From contig OZ336881.1 in assembly GCA_965287045.1 (NCBI GenBank), positions 53,630,001 through 53,694,000 of the forward strand: DNA of 64,000 nt, given 5' to 3'. A program made the position numbers and the translations under genes. The DNA comes from Carcharhinus amblyrhynchos (Eukaryota). This document shows, one piece after another, positions 12,914-25,304 of the stretch. How positions within the stretch are numbered: the first letter of the stretch is position 1; each line of letters begins with the position of its first letter. The notes below the pieces were generated by a model. The model made no database searches. It was not told the origin of the DNA and worked only from the letters and a program-made list of their open reading frames with translations.

Positions 12914-13240
12914 GGGGCAACATGGTGGCACAGTGATTAGCACTGCTGCCTCACAGCACCAGGGACCCGGGTTCAGTTCCCAGCTTGGGTCACTGTCTGT
13001 GCATAGAATGCATGTTCTCCCCATGTCTGCGTGGGTTTCCTCCAGGTGCTCCTGTTTCCTCCCACATCCAAAGATGTGTGGGTTAGGTGGATTGGCTAAA
13101 TTGCCTCTTAGTGTCAGGGGGACTAGGTAGGGTAAATGCATGGGGTTACGGGGATAGGGCCTGGGTGGGATTGTGGTCAGTGAAAAGTCAGTGGGCCAAA
13201 TGGCCTTCTTCTGCACTGTAGGATTCTATGATATCTATGA
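12914..13240 (+). mobile_element. HE1-like tRNA-derived V-SINE
   Basis: A-box ggtggcacagtgattagc, B-box gggttcagttccc, V-domain tctgcgtgggtttcctcc.ggtgctcc.gtttcctcccaca.ccaaagatgtg, CR1-like tail ending (ctatga)n. Confidence 0.9.
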
Positions 13241-13442
13241 TAATAGCCAACAGAAATCTGAACCATAACACAAATAAAAATCCCAGTGTGGCATAAAACA
13301 GCTATTAACAGGAATAAACACTATATGTGAAAGACAAAAATAATTTGGAATTTTCCATTGTTATTCTTGTACCAGAATATTCACTTGTCAGATATATACT
13401 TTGGTAAAGTTAGTATTTTTTGTTACTATCCATTTTTGGAAT

Positions 13443-14400
13443 ATGAGCGACAACAGCAAGGCCAACCTACACTGCCATCTCTAATTGTCCTTGAGAAGAT
13501 CATGGTGAGTCAACTCCCTGAATTGTTGCAGTGGTGTAGATACACACAATGTCCCAAGTCAGGCTGGTATGTGGCTTGGAAGGGAACTTGCTAGTGGTAC
13601 TGTTCTCATGCTTCTGCTGCAATGATGTCTTGGGGTTTGAATAATCAGTTTCCACAACCATCTTCCTTGTGCTAGGCATGGCGCAGCCAGTGGAGAATTT
13701 TCCACCTGCTTCACATTGACTTCAATTTTGTGAAGGTTCTTCCAGTTGGTAAGGGTATGGATTTGGAAAGTGCTATCAAGGTAGTCCTGGCAAATTTCTG
13801 CAGTACTAAGCTGGGACGTTGTCAGGACCTATAGCTTTTGCTGTATCCACTGCCTTTGGCTGTTTCTAGCTATGACGTGGAGTGAATCGAATTGGCTAAA
13901 GATTGGCATCTGTGACGTTGGAGGAGGCCAGGATGGATCATCACATGGCACTTCTGGGTGAAGATGATTGCAAATGCATCAACCTTAACTTTTTTACTGA
14001 CTTGCTCAGTTCTGCCATCACTGAAGATAGTGATTTTTGTTGAGCCTCCACTCTAGTTAGTTGTTTAATTGTCCACACCATTTATCACTGTATGTGGCAG
14101 GACTGTAGAATTTTGATCTGATTCATTGGTTTTAGTGTTGCTCAGCTCTGTCTATAACATGCTGATTCTGCTATTTAGCATGCACATTGTCCTAGGTTGA
14201 AGCTTCACCAAGTTGGCATTTCATTTGTAGATATAGAAGATGCTGCTCCTGGCATGCTCTCCTGCACGCTTCACCGAACCAGAATTGGCCCCCAGATATT
14301 AGGAGGACTTGGCAGGTTGACTGGGCAGGTTGTGCCATTGTTATTTCCAGTGCCCAAGTCAATACTGGATGTTCTGTCTGGTTTCATTCTTATTTGACTT
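13443..14400 (-). mobile_element. Fragmented CR1-type LINE (family of 61788-63072)
   Basis: 13443-13620 is the reverse complement of the 3' end seen at 62800-63072; the rest is degenerate ORF2 DNA. Confidence 0.65.
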
Positions 14401-14409
14401 TTTTGTGGA

Positions 14410-14676
14410 ACGGAGCAGCTTGCTGAGTCACTTTAGAGGGAAGTTAAGAGTCAACTGCATTGCTACAGGTCTGGAAACATGTTGGCCGCACCAAGTCTGC
14501 CGGATAGAGTTCAATTTCAATACGGCGGTTTCATGACCATCATCACTGAGACTAGCTTTTTATTTCAGATTTATTTATTAATTGAATTTAAGTTCCCTCA
14601 GCTGCCATGGTGGGATTCGATCTCATGTGTCTGGTTTACTAGGCCAGTAACACTACTACTATGCTGTTGTCATCCT
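14410..14676 (-). mobile_element. tRNA-derived SINE (family of 35193-35576)
   Basis: Reverse complement has gcatagtagtagtgttactggcctagtaaaccaga...gatcgaatcccaccatggcagc...aaattcaattaataaa..tctg.aataaaaagctagtctc. Confidence 0.7.
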
Positions 14677-14929
14677 TTCCGCCCCAATATGATACTGTAC
14701 CTATTGGTCTGAGATTGGTAGCTGTGGCATTGATGTGTCTATGCTACTTGACTCTGATTTGAGTCCTCCTCCACAGCCCTGCAAGTTAAATATTTATGTT
14801 TTGAGAGAAGTAGGCATAATGTAGATACATTTCAGTAAATTATGAGGAAGTTTAAAATATGTTAAGGAATTCCAAGGAACCTTTGTCAGGTTACAGCTCA
14901 AATAGTTGCCCAGTTAATAAGCAGAAACT

Positions 14930-15490
14930 CAAAAGTAATCTCTGGATTACTGTATAAGCCATGCACAAATTGGTATAGGGTCAAACAGACTAGAAAGTTA
15001 AATGCACGGTTCAAATAGTGGTGTAATGCACAGGGATTTTGTATCATGGAGCACTGACATGAGGACTGGAGAAAGAGGGAGCTGTCTGATGGAACAAGAC
15101 TCAATTTAAACTAGGCCAGCATTAGTGATCTGGTGATTGTATAACTAGAACTATAGTTAAGGCTTTAAACTGAATGGGGAAGGTTCAAGTGAAGTGAAAA
15201 GTCAAAGCCCCACAGCCGTCTAACGATTTTGGTTAAGAAAAAGTGAGATAGCAAGAGACAAAAAGATCCATTCGTGAATAAGACCAAATCAAAAAAATGT
15301 AATAAAAGGTTTAAATTAAAAGTGCTTGAGCTGAATATACAAAATCATTTGTAAAATGATAAGACAAATTAATGGCACAAATAGAGATAAATGGATTTGA
15401 CCTAATTGCCTTTAAGGCAACCAAGATTGGGGACTAAGTATCTCAGGGTACTTATTATTTAGAAATGACAGGTAAAATAGGAAAGGGTAG
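14930..15490 (+). mobile_element. CR1 ORF1 (SGNH esterase-like) to ORF2 endonuclease junction, decayed
   Basis: Degenerate LNA....WC...GF..M.H....W.KREL..W..L.LN, then MAQIEINGFDLIA...QDW.L.I.GY...RNDR...KG (APE N-terminus). Confidence 0.7.
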
Positions 15491-15869
15491 AGACAGCATA
15501 GGGGAACACACAGAGATAGCACTGGAGTGCCAAGTAAATGGAGTGTGCAGTTGTGAATTTGGTTCAGGTGAGAATTTGGCATGGAGGGGCAAAGAAGTGC
15601 TCCTTTTCTGACTTCCTTTTAACCTCAATTTAATAGGTTAAATGAGTGCGCAAATGAGATATCTTCTTCAATTCTCTGTCTGAAGGCAGGTCTTTGATGA
15701 TTATTTGCTAAACCACAGAAAAATGCCATTTTTTTTGCCACAGTTAGGGTAAGGAGGCTTGCTCTGATCTTCCTCTCTTGCAATGCAGATTGAACCTTAT
15801 GCTGTTGACTCTAAACTGATCCATATGTTAGCCCTCTAGCCAACAAAGCTAACCAGCCATGCAGATAGA

Positions 15870-16905
15870 ATATAATGTAGAAATATGAGGTTATTCACTT
15901 CAGCAGGAATAATATACTTTAAATGGTGTAAAACGATTGAATGTTGGTGTTCAGAGGGATATAGGTGCCCTTGTACCAGCAGCACACACCAAGTAATTAG
16001 GGAAGCAAATTGTCTGTTGGCTTTTAATTGCAATTGGGAGTATCCGGAATAAGAATAAGGGAGTTTCACATAATTGTTCAGGGTTTGGTGAGGTCACACT
16101 TTGAGTACTGTGCATGATTTTGATATGTGTACCTAAGAAAGAATACATTTGCCTTAGATGAGATACATGAAGGTTCTCTAGATTGATTTCTGGGGTGAGA
16201 GGGTTCTCTTATGATAGAGTGGAGCTATTCTCTCTGGCATTTTTGATTTTGGGAGAGCTGTTTTCCCTGGCTGAAGAGTCTAGAACTATGGGGCATAGAC
16301 TCAGGATATGGTGATGGCCATTTCCACTTAAGCTGTGCTGTCAGCTGTGGCTCAGTTGGTGGTACTGTCACCTCAGAATCAAAAAATTGTGGGTTATAGT
16401 ACCACTCCAGGACTTCAGCTCAAAAATCTAGGCTTGACATTTCAATGCAATACTATCACAGGTGCCATCTTTTGGATGAGATCACCAAACCAAGGACTTG
16501 TTTGGAGGGGAGTTATCCCTATTGGCCAATGTGTATCTTTCAATCAATTCCGCAAAATCAGATTATATACTCATTAACACACTGTTGTTTGTAGAAGTTT
16601 GCTGTGCACAAACTGGATGCCACTTTTTCTAAAGTGCAAAATGCTTCATTTGGAAGTTGTGAAAATGACAACATAAATCATTTTTTTCACTTAGAGGTTT
16701 GTGAATTGTTGGGCAATAGACACTCAGTCATTAGTATATTCAAGGTCGAGATCAACGGATTTCTGGACTCTAAGGGAATCAAGGAAAATGGGGATCAGGC
16801 AGTAAAGTAGACTTGAGGATAAGGATCATCCGTGATTTTATTAACTGGCAGAGAAGGCTCAAAGATCCAATTCCCTATTTCTGCTCCCATTTGTTACGTT
16901 CTTCA
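15870..16905 (+). mobile_element. CR1 ORF2 3' end, interrupted by a Deu-SINE
   Basis: Degenerate QRDIG.LV...ANCLLAF..GLVRSHFEYCA; resumes at ~16680 with FKVEINGFLDSKGIKENG and a CR1 3' UTR. Confidence 0.75.
16343..16680 (+). mobile_element. Deu-domain SINE (SacSINE1/AmnSINE-related)
   Basis: tRNA head gctgtggctcagttggt...ccactccaggactt; Deu-like core gaggggagttatcc..ttggccaat...gtttgtagaagtttgctgtgcacaaactgg. Confidence 0.65.
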
Positions 16906-17689
16906 GAGCTCACAGTGAATAAAGTACATGTCCAGTACAATGCGAAGCAATCATTTAAAAGTGCTCATTAAGTGTTTCATAATCTTACTTTCATTATTTT
17001 TAAAGTTAGGAGAAAGTGGACTCTGCCACCTATTATTCCTAACGTTACATATTAGCAGCTCAAGGAATGATCATTGATCTTTTATCATTGATCTCAATGC
17101 AACCTGCAACTGACAGTACAGCTCAGAGGAGCCAAATATTCAATGCACTCTAGAGAAATTGAGCCAGAAAACTTCAGTAGAGTTGAAGCTAAGCAGAACT
17201 AGTAAGAATTACAGAAATAAACTGTCTCCTGGAAGCCCATCTAGTCTTCATCACAATAAGTGTCCAACTCAGATCGTTTACTTGAATAAGGAAAAAAAAT
17301 CAAATCAAGTGGGTAAATATGGCTTCTTTTTCACAATAAGACAAGATTTGGCTTCATTATGAGCCCACCATGGCAGAAGCTGTTAAAAATGGTAAAGTTT
17401 TTTTACCATTTACCAAGGCTGCAAAAATCCCCCCACAACATGTAGAAATTGCTGTAGAAATTCCAATTTCTATGTTTCAAGTTAGTAAAATAAAATTTCA
17501 ATGTCAACTAAATCTCAGTGCTATTTTGGATGTAGACTTGAGTGCTACCAATGGAGTCAAGCTGAAAAATGCTGTCTACAAATTATGTCTAACAACGCAG
17601 TCTTGAATTTTAAAAAGGGACAAATAACAATGGTGCTGATATATTTTGCAGTAGCTAGCATGGTGCCTTTCACTTTAAAAGGAATTGCT

Positions 17690-17990
17690 TACCTTGAACC
17701 CTGGTTGACACACTTTTGAAAGCCTCTCACTTACCAGATGTCCCTTTGCCTGCCAACAGACTCCCCCAATCAACTTTTGAAAGTTCCTGTCTGATACCAT
17801 CAAAATTGGCCTCACCCCAATTTAGAATTTTAAATTTTGGGCTAGACCTATTATTCTTCATAGCTATCTTAAAACTAATGGAATTATGGTCACTGATGTC
17901 AAAGTGATTGTTCACTAATACTTCAGTCACTTGCCCTTCCTTATCTCCCAGGAGGAGGTCAAGTTTTGCTTCCTCTCTAGTCAGGCCAGG
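17690..17990 (-). mobile_element. CR1 ORF2 fragment (end of endonuclease domain)
   Basis: ORF 17727..17930 reads SDHNSISFKIAM...KILNWGEANFDGIRQELSKVDWGSLLAGKGTSGK. Confidence 0.85.
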
Positions 17991-18038
17991 GATTGTGCCT
18001 CTGAATTGAGTTAGACTGAGGCATAAGAAATCATTTTA

Positions 18039-18386
18039 GGGTGGCACGGTCGCACAGTGGTTAGCACTGCTGCTTCATAGCTCTAGGGACCTAGGTTCGA
18101 TTTCCGGCTTGGGTCACTGTCTGTGTGGAGTTTGCACATTCGCCTTGTGTCTGCGTGGGTTTCCTCTGGGCGCTCTGGTTTCCTCCTACAGTCCAAAGAT
18201 GTGTGGGGTAGGTTGATTGGCCATGCTAAATTGACCGTAGGTGCATAGGTTAGAGAGGATTAATGGGTAAAATATGTACGGACTGCGGGTAGGGCCTGGG
18301 TGGGATTGTGGTCAGTGCAGACTCAATGGGCTGAAGGGCCTCTTACTGTACTGTAGGGTTTCTATGATATTTCTATGATTCTATGA
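18039..18386 (+). mobile_element. HE1-like V-SINE
   Basis: Same head, V-domain and tail as 12914-13240; tail (ttctatga)n. Confidence 0.9.
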
Positions 18387-18389
18387 AGA

Positions 18390-19985
18390 AAGGGCCTGTC
18401 ACTCTATTGAGAATATACTAAAGATCGTTCAGTATGAGAAAGATAGAAAAATGTGTGCAAATTGAACAGGAGTGCACAAATAAGATACAATAATAACTTT
18501 AGTTACCCAAGATAGACGAGTATAAGAGAAGGGTTTGGATTCCTACAATGTTCTACAAGCACCATTTGGATTTAAAATTTTTCACCCATGTTTTCAAATC
18601 TCTTATTGGTCTTGTCCCTCCCTATCTCTGTAATCTCCTCTAATTTTACAACCCTCTGAGACATCTGCACTCCCTCTAATTCTGGACTCGTGTGCATTCC
18701 CAATCATAATTACTCTATTAATGGTGCTGTGCCTTCAGTTGCCCAGGCCCAAGCTTTTGAATTCCAGCCCCTGCACCTTGCTTACCTCCAATACGTTACA
18801 TCTTAAAAACTTGCTCCCTGACTCAGCGTATCTCCTTATATAACTCAGTGTCATACTGTGTTTTGTATTGTTCCAAGACTTTTCTTCATTTTAAAGGTGC
18901 TTTATAAGTTGTGGTAATTGTTTTTGTCCAGGATGCTTCCTCCATTTGTATATGTTCAGTTGAGCATGCAAAGAGGAAATACTGGATTTTGTTTCAGGAA
19001 AAAAAAACTGGGGCAAGGAGGTAACATAACTATAAGAAAAAACAACTTCCACTATTTAGGTTAACAAGATGAAAAGAAGAAAATAAAGGCAAAGGAACAT
19101 GGACAGAAGTAACTCAATAAAAATGAAACTAGTCCTGATTAACTGAAAAAAAAATCACCAAATGAGACGGTGCGTAAACAAGAGGAAACATTCAGATAGG
19201 GGATAATCTGATTACAGGCAAGGCATATCCCCACAAATTGGTACAATGAAATCTGGGGTTTCCTAAGTAAGTGGAGAAATGGAAATTAGACTTGACAAAA
19301 AAAAAGACAAATTGAGGGAAAATTGCACAAAAGCATCTACAAGGGATGCAACTAAAAATTAGAAAGGCTAAGAGATGGCATGCAGAAAAACGGTAGATGA
19401 CAAAGGGAAATATAGGATTAGGAAAGATATAAACACATACGAAGCAAATATAGTAAAGAAAATCAGCCACCTTTGCTAACAATGGGAAACTTATGACAAA
19501 GAGATGGGAGAAAATTTATTGGCCAATTAAGTTTGGAAAAGAACACCTTATAATGAACAATGGGGCAATGGAGCTATCATTCATCCCTATTTTCACAGAG
19601 GAGTATTGTAGTGAAGATGAAAGTTACAGGAAGAGATAAAGCAAGAAGATCTAAGTATACACGAGGAAGTAGTGCTATAAAGACATGGTGGAAAAGACAA
19701 TTGCCCTGATGACATGAATCCTAGAATGCAGTGGGAAATCAGACATAAAATTACAGGGGCCCCAGATACAACTTTCAAGATATGTAAATTGTCCAAGAAA
19801 GCAGGAGGCTTCCAATATTAGAACTCTGTTCACACTGGGAGAAAAGGAGAAAAGTCACAATGTAAATTAATACTCATATAAAAATATGAATTAATCAAAG
19901 GGAGGCAGTTTAAAATTGTAAACTGGAAGTTGTGTCTGACAAATTTAATAGTGTTCTTTGAAGAAATGGGAGCGTATCCATAAAC
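18390..19985 (+). mobile_element. Highly decayed CR1 ORF2, with nested L2 3' end
   Basis: Purine-rich degenerate EN-linker-RT sequence, ending ggaagttgtgtctgacaaatttaatagtgttctttgaaga (GRSCLTNLI.FFEE-like). Confidence 0.55.
18570..18922 (+). mobile_element. L2 LINE 3' end
   Basis: FKI....FKSL.GL.PPYL.NLL..YNP.R.L.S-like DNA, gccttcagttgcc.aggcc..agct.tgaattcc, and tail taaaggtgctttataagttg. Confidence 0.75.
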
Positions 19986-20117
19986 AACTTCTCCCTGCCT
20001 AAACTCTTATATTAAAAGAAAACAACATTATCTATCAGTATAGTACCGTTACTGTTTTTTCACTGAATTAAACCAGCGATCTTACTGATATATATGTAAT
20101 GGGCGGTAACCAAGCTA

Positions 20118-20196
20118 AAGAAAGTCACACGACCAGGTTACATTCCGGACTTCTTACTGTGTCCACCCCAGTCCAATACCCACATCTCCACATCAT
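20118..20196. mobile_element. Fragments of the hammerhead-bearing short element family (see 52572-52696)
   Basis: gacttcttactgtgtccaccccagtccaatacccacatctccacatca is the near reverse complement of 52572-52620. Confidence 0.65.
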
Positions 20197-21029
20197 GTTA
20201 CACTCAAACAAACGTCATTGTGTTACTGGTTGCAACACAATTACTTGAACTAATGTGTTTTTTTATGTCAAACTGCTCATTGAAGAGGAAATAATGGACC
20301 TCAAGTAATGATTGAAAACATGGTAAATCGAGAAAAGCAACAATTATAGGAACAGAATTCTAGAAAATGGGACATAGTGAGTTTCATTTATTTTCTGGTG
20401 AGATTGTAAAGTGTGATAAGGACATCCCGTTTTATTGAGTTAGACTCTGTAGTGAAATGATCGATATAGAAAGATTATATTATTTTGAATATTTTGCTTT
20501 TATTTCTGTCCGAATTAATTAGGAAGCCCTATGTGGCAGAAAGTGTCACTAATCAAAGTATAAAAATTTTGCTGAACAAGGCAAATGTTTAAATAGTGTT
20601 TTGATTCTGTGGGGAAAAGCTTTTTTAAAAAATATAAAAACAGATATTTCTTACTTTTACTACAGGGTGTGTATTTTTACAAAACGTGTTTGCAAGTTTA
20701 GTACTCTGCAAGAATGACAAACATACTTTGAAATGCCAGTAAATTAGCCTCAAGTATTCATTATGAACGTCAATTGAGAGTCTTTTGAACTTCCATTCCA
20801 GAAAACATTTGGTTTTAGCCAACACTTGAAATTATATGGACATCAAAAAAGACACTGCAGGGATTTCACTTAGCATTAACTATGCTGTGCTCTTTCTGTT
20901 TATGTTTGTCTCTTATGCTATAACACTCCATTGTTAATTTAATGCTGTTCTACTTTCAATGCAATTAAATTTCAAAAGGAGATCATATTTTGTTGGCTGG
21001 AGAGTTCTTCCTTTTAGAGAACGCCACAG

Positions 21030-21137
21030 AATATGGGAATAGGGTGGGATAGAGGACCTGGGTAAGATACTCTGTCAGAGAGTCAGTGCAGACTCAATGG
21101 GCTGAATGGCCTCTTCTGCATTGTAGGGTTTCTATGT
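21030..21137 (+). mobile_element. HE1-like SINE 3' fragment
   Basis: cctgggtaagatactctgtcagagagtcagtgcagactcaatgggctgaatggcctcttctgcattgtagggtttctatg. Confidence 0.7.
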
Positions 21138-21489
21138 TTTATCATTAAGTTGACTAAGACTGAAATGCAAACGTGCAACACTATTTATAATTTTATTCAT
21201 TGATACTGTCCAAATAAATTGTCAATCACTATCATTTTAAGGCCAACATTGCAATTAGATCTGTCAAGGACAGCTCCTAATACTAAACAGTACATTGCCA
21301 AAATGGAACAATTTTAATTTACAGAAAAACAAATGGTATATCGACACCGCCACTTAAGATTTTGTATTGGTTAGAAGAGAAATAGTACAGAATGAAAAAG
21401 CCAGAGGTAGGTCTTGTGGATCATATTTCTCCTTGAAAAACTTAATATCTCTCTTGTCAAGGAGAATTCTTGTTATCTGATGGTTGTTA

Positions 21490-21625
21490 ATCATGGCTCA
21501 ATGGTGCCATGACATTACAATGCAAGTAGAAGAGGCAGGTCCCAAAAACTACCTCAGTCAGTATAGGAATTGAATCCAGGCTATTGGAGTTAACAAGCAC
21601 AACACATTGAGCTAATTGGCCCTAA
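21490..21625 (-). mobile_element. tRNA-derived SINE fragment (similar piece at ~15740-15855)
   Basis: ggaattgaatcc...gagctaa is a reverse-complemented B/A box arrangement. Confidence 0.45.
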
Positions 21626-21988
21626 TCAGACTTGACCAGACCCTTTTTTTTCCCCAAATTGCTTTCCTCATGTTTACTTTTCAAACAATTTAAGCATTAA
21701 CCACATTAATGTCATGCTGTAGGAGAAAAACGGTTTTGGCAATCTACTTTTTCTAGTTTTTAAAGAGTTTAAACATTCTATAAACATACAAGGCAAATCA
21801 ATTTCAGAGCCCAGGCCAATTAAACCAAGGGAGACTGGTCGGCAAATTCCTTTACTCTCATGCATACAAATATATCTTTCTGAAGAAATGTCCGCAAGCG
21901 TATGAAGCAAATTCTTAAAATTCTATTGCTAAATCTATTCTATTTGTCAGATTGAATAAAAACATTTTGGATTATTTTTAAGGTGGAT

Positions 21989-23010
21989 ATAAGAACATAA
22001 GAACATAAGAAATAGGAGCAGGAGTAGGCCATCTAGCCCTTCGAGCCTGCCCCGCCATTCAATAAGATCATGGCTGATCTGTCGTGGCTCAGTTCCACTT
22101 TCCCGCCCTCTCCCCATAACCCTTAATCCCCTCTCTTATCAAAAACCCATCAACCCGTGTCTTAAAAATATTTAGCGAGGCAGCCTCCACCACTTCAACG
22201 GGCAGAGAATTCCAGAGATTCACCACCCTTTGAGTGAAGAAGTTCCTCCTCAACTCCGTTCTAAACCGCCTCCCCTTTATCTTGAGGCTGTGCCCCCTAG
22301 TCCTACTGTCCTTTCTAAGCGGGAAGAGTCTCTCCACCTCTATCCTATCCATCCCATTCATCATCTTATACGTCTCAATGAGATCTCCCCTCATTCTTCT
22401 AAACTCTAACGAGTACAAGCCTAGTTTATTCAGCCTCTCCTCATAGCTCAACCCCCTCAACTCTGGTATCAGCCTAGTAAACCTCCTCTGCACTCCCTCC
22501 AAGGCCAAAATATCTTTGCGCAGGTGCGGCGCCCAAAACTGCACACAGTACTTCAGCTGCGGCCTCACCAATGCCCTATACAGCTGCAGCAAGACCTCCC
22601 TACTTTTATATTCAATCCCCCTCGCTATGAAGGCCAGCATCCCATTCGCCTTCCTGACCACCTGCTGCACCTGCAAGCTGGGTTTTTGCGACTCATGCAC
22701 AAGGACCCCGAGGTCCCTCTGCACCGTCGCCTGCTGCAGTTTTTCGCCACGTAAGTAATAGTCCTTCCTACCATTCTTCCTACCAAAGTGGACCACCTCA
22801 CACTTGCCAACATTAAATTCCATTTGCCATTTCCTGGCCCATTCGCCCAGCCTATCTAGATCCTTCTGCAGACTCTCCACACCCTCCGCGCAATTTGCCG
22901 TTCCCCCAATCTTGGTGTCATCAGCAGATTTCGACACCCTACACTCGGTTCCCTCCTCTAGATCATCTATATAAATGGTAAAAAGCTGAGGCCCTAGCAC
23001 CGACCCCTGG
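21989..23010 (-). mobile_element. Young 5'-truncated CR1 LINE (~1.0 kb)
   Basis: Uninterrupted ORF2 C-terminus, intact 3' UTR, (GTTCTTAT)n tail at 21989-22010, many CpGs retained; truncation falls at the (P)QGSVLGP motif. Confidence 0.95.
22089..23000 (-). pseudogene. CR1 ORF2 reverse transcriptase C-terminal 303 aa (no N-terminus; FADD motif mutated to SADD)
   Basis: LGPQLFTIYIDDL...SKSADDTKIGG...WQMEFNVGKC...RDLGV...LYRALVRPQLKYCVQFW...RTRGH...FFTQRVVNLWNSLP. Confidence 0.9.
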
Positions 23011-23959
23011 AGCCACCTGTTTTAGGCTGACCAATTAATGTTTTTAAATAGTTGTTTTTTTTAAAACAAGAACTGCAGCCTGCATATGCAGGAGCATGAC
23101 GCAAATAGTTCTTGGCCACAGTATTTTGTACCTGACTGTGATCCTTCCTGGCTGCAGGGCAAAACCAAAGGCTGTGGGAGAAAGGGGATATATTTTAATA
23201 ACATCATCTTTATGAGCATGTGCTGTCACATGGCAGTCCAGTACGTGCATTTTGGCCATTAAATAACCACTACAATAGTGCAACCCCAGGCTATACTGTT
23301 ATATTCTGTTATTTAATGGTACATTTTATGGGATGTTTAAGAGTCCTCACTAACTCTTTTATGACTTTGATTTGAGTGCAAACAAGCATTCAGCTTGAAA
23401 ATTTCCACTGCCAAGGTGGTTGTTCAACATTACAAAAAATGCAAGTAGCTTCTTAGAACAGTAGAACACTCAGAAGAGCTATTATTGCGCTTTCGTTACC
23501 AGGAAAATTAAACATACTTTTTACAACAAAAATAGGCAACAATTTAAAATCATATGTCAGCAAATACTGCAGTGCTCTTTCCACTGATCTCTGCTTTAGC
23601 GTAGATTGGCTTTCCTGCTGACTTTAATGGAGGAGATTGGAAAATTCCTGGCAAGTTTTCCCCTGTACAATTTTGCAGAAAAAGGCTGCATTTGACCCAT
23701 TGTGCATATACTGGCTTTCTGAAATCACTTCGTAATTAATCTTATTCTCCTGCTCTTTCTTATACCCTCACTTTTCTTTTTCTTTTCAAATATTGATTCA
23801 CTTCTGTTTTAAAAGCAGAAAACTCCATTTCCACCACAGTTTCTGCTAAGATATGTAGTTAAAAAGAAAACTTGGAACTACATTTTTCCTTCCACAAGAA
23901 GTTCAATAAAGGCATTAAAAGACAAAATACAAATCGATTAATAAATGTAATAATTCTAT

Positions 23960-25043
23960 TCCAGCAGTAGCACCAGCTGCCTTTTAATGCGCATGCCCCT
24001 CCGCAAAGCAGAGGGGATGGTCACACAGATTCAGCTCCAAAGAAATGGGATCTCCATCATTGGGTTTACATAGAGAATCTCTCAAAACGCCTGAGCACTA
24101 GTTTCTCAGGAGATTGACTTTGACAGCAGGTTCCTCCAACAAGACACCCTTCTCAGTGAAGCTGGTAAGCACACATTCTGGTGGCCAATTAAGTGCCTAT
24201 CACTGGAAGGCCCTTCCAGCCACTGACTCCACCCTCCTCCCCCCAACCCCCCCATCCCATCCCATCCCATCCCATCTACCTCACCTAGCTTTCACATGCT
24301 CTCTTCTCCTGCAGGGAGAAAAAGCAGAAAGATATGAGTAGCAATAGTTTTTAGGGTAGACTGAAAGGGCAACATTTAAATATGGGCACAGATGCAAGAA
24401 GGCAACAGACTGAGAGTGACTGTATCTGTTGGCTGCACAGATGGGATGTGAAGTGCTTGCAGAAAGTGGAATGAGTGCAATTACAAGGTGAGTTGTTCTG
24501 GGGAATGTTGTGCAGGAAAATGCTGGGTAAGTCAAAGTATGGGCTTGGCACCTGAAACTTTATGCCACTCACCTGTCATGTCCTCCTGAGGTTGTGGATC
24601 CACTTGATGCACTGTCTACTGCTGGAGGGACCACACTTCTGCTGCTGACTTCCTCAGCCTCTTCCATCCATGTCTACTTATCTAGGAGGTTGTCCTTGGC
24701 CAAGATCACCTCATTGTAACTCTGCACATCTGCAGCAGGATCTACAGGTTAGGAGTTAGAGGCCCAGGGTCAGGTCACATCTTCATTCCTGCAGTTGCTT
24801 CAGTTTCAAAGATCCATGTTTTGGTGAGCCAATGTTGTGATCTCTTTTATTATTGATCACTTGATAGATCCAGTGCATCATCCTGCTTGTCCTTCCATGG
24901 TTGACAGTGAACGAGAAAGTGGGATGCTAATGCCATGGGTCAGTTAAACAACTTCAGCAAAGCCCACTCCAGTTATGAACAGATTTCTGACCTGTAAAGA
25001 AACTCGCCATCTGGCCAATGACTAAGGTGGAAAAGTCTACCCA
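23960..25043 (-). mobile_element. Decayed Harbinger element with Myb/SANT exon remnant
   Basis: Minus strand 24570-24680 reads WMEEAEEVSSRSVVPP..RQCIKWIHNLRR (trihelix W.EVA..VS......R...QC.K...DL), followed by a GTGAGT donor; TIR-like end ggaaaagtctaccc at ~25043. Confidence 0.6.
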
Positions 25044-25266
25044 AAGAAATCAATGGACTTATTTTTTCCAAAAACATTTTGAGTGATTACAGAGGTTTAT
25101 GCACAAATTAAGAAAAGATAATATTCTGAGATAAGGTTTTACCACAATAACTTTACATCAGCAGTTTCAATGTTAGATATGAGCATATAAAGTGTGAATT
25201 ATAATCATAACACATAAGTAAAGATGGTGGATAGAGAATGTCTACCATATGCAAGATTTTTGATGA

Positions 25267-25304
25267 CACGCACGCATGCATATACACACACACACGTGCA
25301 CACT
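25267..25304. repeat. Alternating purine-pyrimidine (CA/CG/TA) microsatellite
   Basis: acacgcacgcatgcatatacacacacacacgtgcacac. Confidence 0.8.

Noticed and set aside
12914-13000. tRNA-like sequence with A and B boxes (also 16343, 18039, 35193, 61474)
   Set aside because: These are heads of SINEs and continue into SINE bodies; no complete cloverleaf
17685-17710. Strong minus-strand donor CAAG|GTAAGC
   Set aside because: Part of CR1 ORF2 sequence (TRVQGK..), no matching acceptor
21674-21740. Strong minus-strand acceptor gtttttctcctacAG
   Set aside because: Followed by early stops and only a weak donor; no coherent exon
22234-22813. Several ORFs overlapping the CR1
   Set aside because: Antisense or alternative-frame shadows of the CR1 ORF2
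21976-23020. Target-site duplication for the young CR1
   Set aside because: No direct repeat at the flanks; the 7/8 inverted match is too short to be significant
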